64,000 nt of DNA from Botryllus schlosseri (taxonomy: Eukaryota), in the NCBI GenBank assembly GCA_051294905.1, contig CM119372.1, forward strand, positions 37,574,001 through 37,638,000, in the 5' to 3' direction. Position 1 is the first letter of the stretch. Each line of letters begins with the position of its first letter. This document shows positions 25,341 to 37,288 of this stretch, one piece after another. The notes under the pieces were generated by a model. It had not been told where the DNA came from. It did not search any database and saw nothing but the letters and a program-made list of their open reading frames with translations. Made by a program: the position numbers and the translations under genes.

Positions 25341-28254
25341 GAACCGGCCTGGTGTAAAATGACCAGTGTAGTCGAACCACCACCATGAACACCACAAACA
25401 AACAAACAAACATCTAACATGGAAAAGAAATTACCTTTACAGCCTTTGACAAACACAGTTACCATTGAAATCAGCAATTTAGGTCTTATTCGAAAGCAGA
25501 ATAACAGCTGTTTTAGCGGACATATCAAATCAAATGTTGGAAAGTTCATGTAAATTAGCCCAAAATATTATCTTACTGTGATCATATTCTATCAATATGG
25601 TCTGGCTAGCCAAATTCTCTGGGCCAACATAAACAAGCTGCGTTTGGTTTCAACGATTAATAATCTTGTCACTGGATTCGAGGTATAATTGCACTCAAAT
25701 ATCAAATTTTGCTCCATTAATCAACATCAAGTTGAAAATGTCCATTCTTGCACCAACTTTTATAAAATCACGAATCAGTGTTCTACAGGTATGTATCTAT
25801 ATGACTTATATACCTAGAAAATTCAAGCATAAATATTATGATATACCGTAGGTATAGGTACCGGTAATTCAGATGTTTGAAGCGACTTGGACAACTAGAT
25901 AATTATAGTGGTCTAATTTCACTAAATTAGAGCGAAATGCCAGCAATATAATTGTAATCTAATTCGGAAAAAACGGTTTAGCTCTAATTCCAGCCTGGAA
26001 AAGCTGAAACTTTTCTATAGTTGTCTACACCGGTTTGCAGAAAGTCAAACAGCTCTAGGCGTCATTTACTACAGGCAATTCGAAATACCCCATAAGCTAT
26101 ATGCTACTGCGTATATACCTTTAACCCGCTACCTCAGTCAGTCACAATTTCTATATATTTACGGCATTTACCATACAGAAAGAGCGAACTATGCCTGGCT
26201 GCGACCTGTTGCGCGTCAAATCTTTGTCCGGCGCGATGACATAAAATTTGAATCGCCGAAATATTCTAGAAGTCACGCATCGATAATCATATTCCTAAAC
26301 GTACAACATCTCACTTATTTAGTTATTCTCTGAATAAAACTATTAGCCATACTCGTTGAACATGCGAGATTACCGAAAGAGCGAATTTATATATAATGAA
26401 GATCATATATATCAGAAGAAAACAAAACTGTTCGACCTTAGAGCAACAACACGAATATACAACACCGGTGACATCCTCACGCAATAAAACGAAGGTAGGA
26501 CATTGTTTTCTAATGGATAGAACGAAGCTACCGCATCAGATCGAACAAAACCGGATAGGAATTCATCGTGATTGAATGTGCCGACAAAGTCATCCTTTCT
26601 ACGTATTTTAGTCATACCAGCGAGAGATAGAAAATTTGCATTATTAGGTTAACTACCGGATATAACGAAGCCTAATGCATGAGATGGAACAACACCGAGT
26701 ATGAATTTATTCTGATTGAATATAACCACAAGACCATCCTACTACGTATTTTAGACATTCCCTCGAGACTTAGAAAATCAGAACCTAATCGAGATGATCC
26801 CGGATGATCCTTTTACGGTTTTGTGTTTGCTGGGTGGGTACGGGGCGATTGTAACATTTGAGCGGCGATTTTCGCGACCCAAAATTTCCATGATTGAGTC
26901 CTGATTGAGTTCCATTTTAGTTTCTATATAAACTATCGAGTTGTTGGCTTCCTTGTATGAAACTTTGGAAATGAAATTTCCATGAGAACAACACGTAATA
27001 TTGGAAAATCCAAAAAGTGTTACAATTGTCCCCGGTCTCCCCTACCTGCTGGTGCATTTTATAGTAGCCTAATATATGGAAAAATCAATAATATTGACAG
27101 AAGTCGTTCAAAAAATATAACAACCAGATGTATATTCTAAGTGCCCGAGAAGTTACATCGACTACCCTATGGTGGGCCCAAGATCAGTGTTTTTCTATTC
27201 GGCGGAAGGGGGTAGAAAAATGTTGTTTCGGACCTGATTAAAACACATAACCAGATAGCCGCACCGACCTAACGGAATAGCAGGGCTGTCAAACACAATC
27301 CCGACAGGCCAGACACGGCCCGTCAGACAATTTCATCCGGACTGTGGAGAAATCTATTGCAGACCCTAGCAAGTAGCAATCACAGTAGCCCACATTACAG
27401 ATGGCCTAATTAATGCCCTATGTTCCAATGCATTCCCGTATACCAGTGGTTCGTGGTTCCCAACCTTTTTTCTCCCAAGTTCCATTTCGAGGTTTTATGC
27501 AGTGCTCGCGTACCATCTACATAAGATAAGCACGCTGAAGGCGGTCAAAATGTTTCCACCGTGTTGAAGTGCATTTTAGGGCGCAGTATATGATTTCTGT
27601 AGAGGATCCATTTGAAATTCTTGTGGTCAAATATATTAAAACGGAATTTGGTTAGGTAAGAATCCCAATTTACGACTAGATGTCTGGCGTAGGCCGTCAC
27701 TGGTGGAATAGCCACTACCAACAACGACGACCTTACCACGACGACGGCGGCTTGAAAAACTCAGAATCAACCCTCGAACTAATAACTCCCTTCAGAATCT
27801 TCTCGCGTACCACCTGGAACACCTTCGCGTACCATTACCACTTCTGTATACAGTCGATGGGCAATGCTTTGCTAGTGTGACGTCATATTGACAGACAATG
27901 TGTCACCTCATTTTTAAATCCGCTAGTGGGCGCTAAAGAGTGTCCGGAATTTGCTTCACAAAAATATGGTAACCCTAAACTACATCTCTGTTCAGTGTTC
28001 AGTGTACACAGTTCAGGGTACACTGTACAGTGTACACAGATGAAGCTTTTTTCAGCTCATATCGAATAGCCCGTAAGCTACTCTGCGAGATAGTTCGTGA
28101 GAAAAGTAGGACCGCAAAAACCAGCAAATTACATAATCAATGGTGATATATAAAATGACTAAATAGGCTTACATAATCACATGTATCCATGGGCTCTTGA
28201 GACAAAGGTCTGTATCCCATAAGATGACTGTGCCGGCACAAAACCCGTTACGAA

Positions 28255-28775
28255 CGACTCCTCACGTCACTGTCAACATTGTCTGATAGCGCAGGCTCGG
28301 TAGACCCAGGGGGCTCTTTTCAAAGAGTGGACATCAGTTGAACGAATTTGAGGATCAATCCAAGACTATTGAAAAGAAATATTTGTTGCCAAAATTCGCA
28401 ATACAAATGAACTGCTCAGTAATCACGCAGATATCATACTGGATACAGTTTTTTTTTTCTGCAATAAGTTGTGCGTGACAGAAGGGTGTCTTTCATAGAA
28501 TAATTAAGTAATGGAATGGAAAGTTGCACGTGACGTTACCACCAATTTTACTCTGGCACAGTTAGTATACTTCCTGGATTGTTAACAATTTTTGTGAAAT
28601 TTTATCAGCAAACATTCATAAAAATCTTTATCACAAAGATAACCGATTGCAACAGAATCAAATTCATTCTCCAAGGATGTACCAGTTCACTTACAAAACA
28701 CCGTGATGCTTATCAGTATTCCATACAGCAAATGCATTTCAAAAAGGTACCAAGTTCAATACATACTACCTGCAA
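28255..28775. repeat. unclassified dispersed repeat (copy 2)
   Basis: Colinear diverged copy of 15655-16318. Confidence 0.75.
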
Positions 28776-28906
28776 AATAGAGTTTAGTTCAGTTACCGTA
28801 TCACAATAAACTCAGAAAAGTCAAATTTGGGGATTGGGCAAAACAAATACTACTCCTTGTGATCCATGGTTTGTTGAAAAGATTGTTTGTTTGGCTGTGC
28901 TATTAT

Positions 28907-29758
28907 TGGGGCGATTTTTTGGACCTAAAAAGGTAAGATTTTGACTAAAAAATTCAAATTCACACATATTTTGATGATGAAAAACTTAATTTTGACCCCA
29001 TGTACTTAAATTAGGTGTTTCCCACATAGTGTTAGAATTGTATTACCGGAACTTATCTTTATTTCTGGCTGGAGCTGTCTGTTCTTCTGAAGTAATTTGA
29101 CCTGAAAAAATCTTTTAGCATGAAAATTGACAAATTTTTACATGAAAAAGAACTTATTTTATCGAAATCTGGACCCATGAATAATTCTAGTATTAGTTAC
29201 ATCTCGTATTATGGTAGAAATAATTAAAAATTTGTTGTAGTACAACGAAAGATACTTTCCTACATTTTCGGGTAGAAAGTGTCTGTCCTAACTTAGTAGC
29301 TTGGCAAGAATGAAGAAAGAACGTTCACCAGCTGCAGTTGTTGGCCGGCAACACTGAAGTTGTGCGTACACTGCACTCTCTCTCTCTCATTATGACAAAG
29401 TTGTCTACATCGCAATTTTTCATCACACGGTTTCTAATAGAAGAATCAATGCCCACGCAGTCTTGCTTCAGTTAGGATAGCGCAATAGGCTACGTTGAGT
29501 ATTTGTTTCATTTGACAGTTTATGATTCACAATGAGCAGACGATGGTCCGTCTACAACGGTAGGACTATAAAGTAGGCTACAAGATGTAAATTGTAAAAT
29601 GATAAGTTCGCCGACAGTGCAATCGTCTATGATACAAACGAAATGCAAGTTGCCAACAAAATTTTGATTTTGTAAAGAATTTTGGCAATATTTGACCTAA
29701 CGGTACAATTTTGACAAAATTTTAACCTATTTTGACATGTCAAAAAAAAATCGCTTTA
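28907..29758 (-). mobile_element. second copy of the 7531-8368 hAT derivative
   Basis: Colinear along its length, including the ERSF-motif region (~29240-29370). TIRs are decayed and there is no matching TSD. Confidence 0.8.
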
Positions 29759-31619
29759 GTTAACACCTTACCACTTGGAATAAACAGTGCAGTGTAAAAT
29801 GTGTTGCAGTTGAAAAACAATCAAAACCGTTGCATGACTGTCATACCGGCATTCAATTGCTGACATTGCAGTACTTGTCCACAATGGACCACAATATCGC
29901 CTACATAGTGATATTTCAGTGTGGATAGAGAGAACATCCCTTTATCCATATGTCAAAAAAGTTACTTCTATAGCAGCTTCCCATCAGTACCGTAGTACTG
30001 GACCTGGTCGCAGCCTGGTATATTATCAGATTCGAAGCTCGATCATCCAGCAATAATATCAGACGAATCATATACTACAAAACATCTAAAGAACATTCAT
30101 ATGAATAAGGGATATCAGTAGCCTACTAAAACATCTAAAACAAACGACGTTACTGCAATGTCAAAACGAGTTCATTTTATGACTATTCTCACATTACATA
30201 CATTCAATAACATTTACCGCATTTCCATACCTTACAGTACATGGATGTTATGATCCTTTACGCCATCAGGTAGCAGAAACTGCTTCAATATATCCATTTC
30301 GCCAAGTTTTTTCGTGTACCCTACTCTCTGCCTGAAGCCTGACAAACCACCAATTCAAATCCAAACTGAAATCGAGCGCGCTCTACCGTAACGAAGGTGG
30401 TGACCCCTCTGCTACACAGGGAAATATGTATATTTCATTGAAATATTACCCTTAAACTTAGTGTTGAGTCAAGTGAGTAATATTATTTTACATACACCAT
30501 GATTTAATGTGATTATGAATGCAAAATTGATGATAAATTACTAAGTATAAATTTTCTTGAAAATAAGCCGCATTGGCGAAGTGTTACATGTAAACGTAGA
30601 AATACGCAGAAGCGTTGCGACGATAATGGCCCAATGCGTTTATGCCTAAAAAGTGCGTCTGTACGCAGAAAAAAGTGTTCTGAAGTGTTCAATACGACCT
30701 TGCGGATTTACAGTGTACGTTCGCATTGACTTTCAAAAGCTGCAAATTGAACTATGCGGAAGGTGCAGAGAGCTTCATGTACAATGCATATTGATGCATC
30801 CCAGAAGGTATAAATTCCCGACAGCAGGAGCATTCGACTGAATCATGAGATGCAAATAATTGTTTTGTTATGGAAATGATATAGTAATCTTTTGTTTACT
30901 AAAACACCCCGTTTTAGAAAATGTCATGACATGTTCCCTCACGCATATTACGGCCTTTAGTTTAGTCGTAGAGCAATACAGAGAAGTTGTATGGATACGA
31001 TGTCAACACTTTGCGCGATTCGTATACGATGATAAGAAAATATGGCGTAACGTTAAATGTCATATAGTGTAATTGTATTGTAGGAAAATATACGGCGATG
31101 CTCCACCTGCTTTTAAACTTGAACATGTATGTTCTCCAGACAAAAGAACTGAAACTAATTAGAGCTCCAAGTAATGATACTGCAAATTGGACGAGAACTT
31201 CCAATACTACATCAGAAAAGCAGAAATATATTTTATGCCTTTTGTCGAGACAGTTTTAACGGTGATCTGCTAAAACAGCTAACGCTCAAAAAGTCAGAAC
31301 CCACTTTTCCAGATTAGGACACGCCATGGGCTGCTAGATTACGATATTATGGGTAAATGCTAGATTGCGAAATGGTAGTTTCAAACGTTATGATGGGCCA
31401 TATTTACTGTGAAGAAATAGGACATATGGGCGACAATGTGGTGCAATGCAATCTGCAACCTAAATAAGATTCACTTTCGTGAAAACATATTTGCAACTCA
31501 ATATCTACTAAATGTTAAGTGCGACGGAAATTCTGGGTTTGACCTAAATTTTGTTAAAATTGCAAGGCAGAACTCCGTGAAAACAGCCCGAGAATTCCCC
31601 AGTTCCTCTTTCTAATTGG

Positions 31620-32760
31620 AGAGTTACACTACTTCTACTTGACAAACTGAGAATAGCGAAAAGTAAGTAAGTAGATCACTAAATATTATGAAGTAGAAGT
31701 AGAAGTAACGAAGATTCTATCTACTTGAGTAAGTACCCGAAGTAGAGTAAAACTACTTGAGTACTTCGAAAAAGTAGAAGTACTTCGTTACTGACCACCT
31801 CTGCATTTTGATACGTAATAATACCTTAGTTTAGCTGTGAAGTCAACTTACCAGAATTTCTTCACAAAATTACTGACTGTTACTCGTAACTGCAATTTAC
31901 CAGGCTATTGGTCCTTGCTACACTAATGCATTAGTATGTTAGCCCCAGTAGCCAAGATTTCCAATATCAACGGATGATTGGTTCTCTTCAATGTGAATCT
32001 GGTGTAGCTCAATGTTTCAACCGTGAAATTGCTGCACGACTATAGTAATTGTGGACCGTGTGTATTTATAATGGCTTAACTCACAGAACAGCAAATTGTA
32101 GACAGAATACAATTAGAAATCGCCAATCCGCTCGCGTACCACTTAAAAAGGTATCACGTACCACTAGTGGTGCGCTTACCACAGTTTGAGTGGCACAAAT
32201 GCGAGTCTCAGAGAAAAATAATTCTTAAAGCTGTGTTGCGTACAATTGTTGTCTGCACGTTGTCTATATGTCATGAATGCCTGTTAAATCGTAGCATATA
32301 ATAATATTAAAAATGCATTCGTTTTGATGTGTGAGACTTGAGTCGGGAGATGTGAGTAAAACTTAGATTTTGGTAGCGGTTTAAATAGTTTTCGATCCAC
32401 TGCTTTATGGCTGCTGTATTTTGATAAAAGTCGATTCCAAGGCACACAAATGAAAGTGTGAACGGCTCCTGTCGACGACGCGAAATCTGTCGTCTCTATA
32501 ATTTGTCGCACAAACGTGATTATCCAACAGATGCTTTCCATTGACTTTTATCAAAATACACCAACCGAGGCTGTGTCAACGAAAGGAGTTCGTGTTTAAG
32601 AGGTGGTCAAAGTAGTCAAGTAAGCTACTCAAGTAGAAGTGGAAGAAGCGAGGCATTAATCTACTCAATTACGAGTAGAAGTAGTATTTTGAAAGCAACC
32701 TAAATCTACTTGAAGTAGACGTAGAATTTACTGACTTTCTATCTACTCAAGTAAGTAGTT
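31620..32760. repeat. two AGTAGA/TACTT-rich MITE ends (right end finishing at 31803, left end starting at ~32599)
   Basis: ...GACCACCTCTG and AGAGGTGGTC... termini with AAGTAG arrays. A related end lies at ~49479. Confidence 0.55.
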
Positions 32761-33639
32761 GTGAAAATAGTCGTAAGTCGTTCGCATGGACTGTGAAAAG
32801 CTGAAAATTGAGCTTTGCGTTGAGTGTAGAGAGCTAGATTCATATTGATGCATCCCAGGAGGTAACACCTTTCGACAGAATAAGCATTCATCCGCTTCAT
32901 GGGATGCAAATGATAGTATTGATTTGGCAATGCGATACTAATTGACGCAGATTGGCGAGTGCTATTCACAGGGTTGTAAGGCAACCAAGTCACGGAGACC
33001 CGAGTGAAAAGTCAATCCTAATTATGATAATGTCAAGAACCACGTTTTGAAACTTTACATCAGTACAACGCTGTGCTCTCTAATTTGGGCGACGGGCATA
33101 GTTACCACAACTAAAGTCATATTTTATTGACGAAGTACAGATACCACAAAAATTGTAATGGACATCACGTTCATTACATTTTGAAGTATGAGCTGTGCAG
33201 TGTGCACTATACCTAACAACACTTTTCAGCGACACGGTATTTGCTGGAAGGAAGTGGCTATTCGTCCGCTACCGTACGAATCATTCCTTATAGGTTATTC
33301 GGCCGGCACTGTGTGCCGTAACTATACGTTGGGACAGGTTGTCCGACACATGAGCATGCGACACAATGAAAAACGACCGATCAGCATGCGTCACTTTGGC
33401 ATGAGGCTTTACAACCCGCCGACCTATAGAGCAAATTATCAGATTTCGCCGGATCTCATCTACGCCAATTGTCAACCCAATTGCGAGAAGCTCTCGTATT
33501 ACGAATGGGCATCATTTGCAAATAATGCCCACTGTTATCAATATCTTTACTTATAATCAGTGATTGTTGGTACATACAAATCCTATATTATTTATTATGA
33601 GTAAATTTAAGAGGCCTTTGAAACACTTGCTTTCATATT

Positions 33640-33816
33640 AAAGAAGTCGGAGTTGGAGTCAGAAGCATTTTCACAAACTCCGACCCCGACTCCAGCCAGT
33701 ATTTATTCACGACTCCACCAATCAGTGCTAAAATTTTTTTCAGACTTCGACTCCATTAAGGTGAGAATTGACGAAATTTCGACTTGGACTCCACCTACTC
33801 AGACTCCACAGCCCTG
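33640..33816. repeat. GACTCC-repeat hAT MITE right end
   Basis: GGAGTC/GACTCC arrays ending in CACAGCCCTG. Confidence 0.6.
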
Positions 33817-34029
33817 GTGACAACAGGGAAATGCATGCGAAATCCACTGATTAGGGATCTCATTCACGGATTCAAACATCTGTTGATTACAATCGAGATC
33901 TTACTTCCCAATCGATGGATTGATTATTCAATGGATTCGGCGTATCCAAGATTTAATCACTTGGCTGTTTAGACTATCCCCTGCGATTTCCATTGGCCTC
34001 TCATGGACCCAAGTTTAAGAAGCCCTTGG

Positions 34030-34440
34030 CTCAAAGTCTGATTAGACGTCTTATTTACAAACACCACTTGCCACCACCTGCCTAGTCTTACTTCTATGTA
34101 ATTCCAATCTAATGGATATTGGATATAGCGTAATACACGCCATTAGATTTTACTTCAGAGCGTTTAAAGGTTCGGTTGTGTACAAATAGCATCAAGATTG
34201 CTATGTTTTACTTCATTAAAATCTTCGAAAAGATTGATCCGCCCATATCTGCTGAATCATCTTAATTGCATTTGGAGTAGATACGATTTTTAAGCCATTA
34301 TACTTCATCAAATTTATTGAGCTATAAATGTATCTAATGATCTTGCAAATGCTGATATTGACAGCATATCACTTCTGCCTGTTATATCTAAGTGCAATGC
34401 TGCCTGGGTTTAAATGAAGCCCGCATCCATGTTGAAGATA
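34030..34440 (-). pseudogene. decayed CR1/L2-group LINE ORF1-end / endonuclease-start remnant
   Basis: Minus-strand fragments in the expected order: GLHLNP (esterase-type ORF1), NLDAICT..TE, and AGGG..VVFVNK (APE endonuclease-like). Confidence 0.4.
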
Positions 34441-37288
34441 CCATACTTGGCGGATGGAGCTCCGCGACTACTTAGCACTGAATTGGAATATAGAGTAAGT
34501 ATTTCGACCAAAGACCTGATTAGTAAGACTAGTAGTCATGACTTAGCATCGTGGCGTTGCGCATTACCAGGTTAGCAAGACGGGGTGGTGAATGACTTAC
34601 AAAGCCTTACAAGGCTATTTCTGGACCTGCCCTGTCTAGCGACAGTTGCACATCATGCACTCATGGAATCAGACTTGTACAAACTACTGGATTTTCAAAA
34701 AGCGCAACTAGAACTAGAACTACTCAATTCTTAAAACTCGCAACTATAACTATAACTATAACTATACTTTTCGAAATCGGCAACTAGAACTAAAACGACT
34801 CCATTCTTAAAACTCGCAACTATAACTATAACTACTTACTTTTCGAAATCCGCAACTACAACTAGAACTAGAACTACTAACTTTTCTAAATCCGCAACTA
34901 GAACTAAAACTAGAACTATATACCTTCAAAATAAAAATCGATATAACATGTAAATTTAAGTCGAGATTATAACATAAACACGCAGTCACTCCGCTGAGGC
35001 TGCGAGAAGGCGAATCTTGGAAAATCTGCCGGCGAAACTACCGAAACAACAAGGGTATTTCACCACGCTACGCACCGCTCGGGAAGCAGTGACCAAGCTG
35101 TAATATTCAGGATCGTTACAGCACTTCGTCAGGCCCCCTCAAAACGCTGGTATTGTGCCCCCATATTAAGTGATAAACCAAACCCCCAGACCCCCATTTG
35201 GGTTGTACGTTAACAACGCCATACTGTTCTTATTATGGATGGTTACTGAGCCTTTGTTGTCTAGTCCCATTCACCGCGAAAAAAATTCATGATTGAGTTC
35301 GGTCAATGAAATTGGAATTGCATATATGATTGTCTAATTTTTAACTACTAGCTCACGTGCTCAGATTTACCGTTAGTACTGACGGAATCGAAGTCTACCT
35401 ATATTTAAGGCCCGTATTTAATACATATACATCTGCGGGAGGGCCCGTTGTTATCAATTTCTTTGTTGTGTGTTGTTTCTTAGTGACCTCCCCTCTGCTA
35501 TATAGTCAAAAGAATCCTAAAACGCACCAAACCCAGAGAACTACTTCCGTCAGACGCAAACGACTAAAAGTGTCATTTCTTCACGGCACGCATAATTTTT
35601 CTCTACAGGTGCATTTGCAATTCGGGGGCTCAGATTACCAGGACGGGGACATTAGGCTCCATTCGTTTAGACGCCTATGGACAAGAGAAAATTCGACATA
35701 TATATATCGGTTCCGGCCAACATAAGGCAGTTCTTTTGGGTCAAGGTATGCTCACCGCCGAGCTTTTTGACAGCACACTTCACAGAGTCTTATCTCTCTA
35801 AATCCGTGGTTCCCGACCTTTTTGTCTTCATTCCCCACTTCAGATTTATTCCGAGGCTTCATTCCCCACTACCCAAAACTTTTTTCATTACGGAGTGGCT
35901 ATTTGCTTGTATGAGTACGCAAGACAAATAGCACAATGTACGCAAGACAGTCGCCTATAGCTTCAACATGAAACGTATTGTGAACCGATACCGGTACCCT
36001 CCAAATTTAGCCAAAGCGTTATTTCACGTCATACTGGTCGTACTGGATGCGTTTGTGACGCCATCATTGCAGTGTTAGGATGACTCGAGTCATGACTTGA
36101 CTCCAGTCAGACTCGAGTCAACTTTTTCGTATGACTTGACTTGGCTCGAGTCACTTTGCAAAAAAGACTTGAGTTAAATTGACTCGGCGCTTCAGCAATG
36201 TAGATTGACTCGTGACTCGGAGCAAAATATACTAGTCAATTTCAAGTCATCAAATAAACAGTGACGATTAAATAGCCTTATCTTGTGTATGTTCGGATTG
36301 TTCGCGATACGCCTGTGTCACTTGTGAGAATAACCAGTCATTCACTGATTGTACGTTTCACTGGTCCTCCATTATGACATCTCAAATAAATTAGCCGCAA
36401 ACGAAATGATCACAGCTTACGTTGTCTTAGTAGTGGTAGGTAGATTAATCTAATAGCAACGGATCTCTGTTTCCTGGAGTGCTCAGTGCTTACATTGCGC
36501 AGTGCTCCCCTTTACCAACCCACTTGTATAATTTTAATCGAACGAATATAGTTCTTGCGTTTTCTCATGGATGTAAGGATGGGTAGTAGGGTTGTCCAAA
36601 ATTTGAAAAATTTCGAAAATGCTGCGTTGTAATGTCTTATTCTATAGATTATTGATTAAAAACATCAACAAGCCTGAAAGAAGCTCTCAGGAACGTCGTT
36701 AAGATTTCTTACAAAGCGTTTGAAAGTAGCCGTCTGCATGTGGGCGGGGAATCGATGACGTGGGCGGGCAATCACGAACCTAGAATTTTGATTGGTTGGA
36801 ACCTGTAATAATAAGCTACTGATTGGCTGAAATACTGATTTTGTGATCATTGCTGGTCACGATTTCGTTCTACTCTGTTGTGTTGGTTTGCAGCCATTTC
36901 TGTTCGTGGCATTGGCGATATGGTAAATTGACGTTGTTAATGCTGCCATCGACAACAGCATAACGATCCAGTAATATATTTTCTACCTGAACACTGTGTA
37001 TAACAGTTTTGTTACTTCTTGCACAGGAGCTTGGCCAATTAAGATAAGAATGAACTAGATGCATGCATCGTGCTACCTTCGAGCCTTCTAAAACATACCA
37101 GTTGACAACGACTGTAACTCATAAATTGCAAACCAGTAGTCAATTTCTCCTTATGGCTTGTTATGGTAAGTCGACGTCTCTCTCTAAAACGAACGCATAT
37201 TACACATTTTATTCAAGATTTAACAAAGGCAAAATGCTATTTACAAAAGGCATCATTAAAAAGTATATCGCAGGGTCAGTGTTGCAGA

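Larger units (their letters stand above)
20325..26834. mobile_element. animal-type EnSpm/CACTA (CMC) transposon
   Basis: TIR CCCAG(T/C)AAACACA at both ends with a 2-bp TSD TG (20323-20324, 26835-26836). Removing it restores the pogo subterminal hairpin TACAATTGCCCC...GGGGCGATTGTA. Confidence 0.8.
19152..27042 (+). mobile_element. pogo-family (Tc1/mariner superfamily) transposon, interrupted
   Basis: 24-bp TIR GGGGAGACCGGGGACAA(A/T)TGTAAC at both ends, TA TSD (19150-19151, 27043-27044), repeated GGGGCAA.TGTAAC subterminal motifs. Confidence 0.88.
18586..27977. mobile_element. hAT MITE, outer shell of a nested TE cluster
   Basis: TIR TAGGGTTGCCATA / TATGGTAACCCTA, subterminal GTCCGGAATT motifs at both ends, perfect TSD AACTACAT (18578-18585, 27978-27985). 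Confidence 0.88.

Noticed and set aside
28018..28035. Perfect 18-bp palindrome GTACACTGTACAGTGTAC
   Set aside because: It lies in a low-complexity CAGTGTA patch, and nothing suggests function.
36070..36240. CRISPR-like short repeat arrays (GACTCGAGTC, AACTAG, AGTAGA, GTAATC)
   Set aside because: Irregular 5-10-bp motifs next to TIRs, with no constant repeat/unique spacer pattern and no cas genes. They are MITE subterminal repeats.
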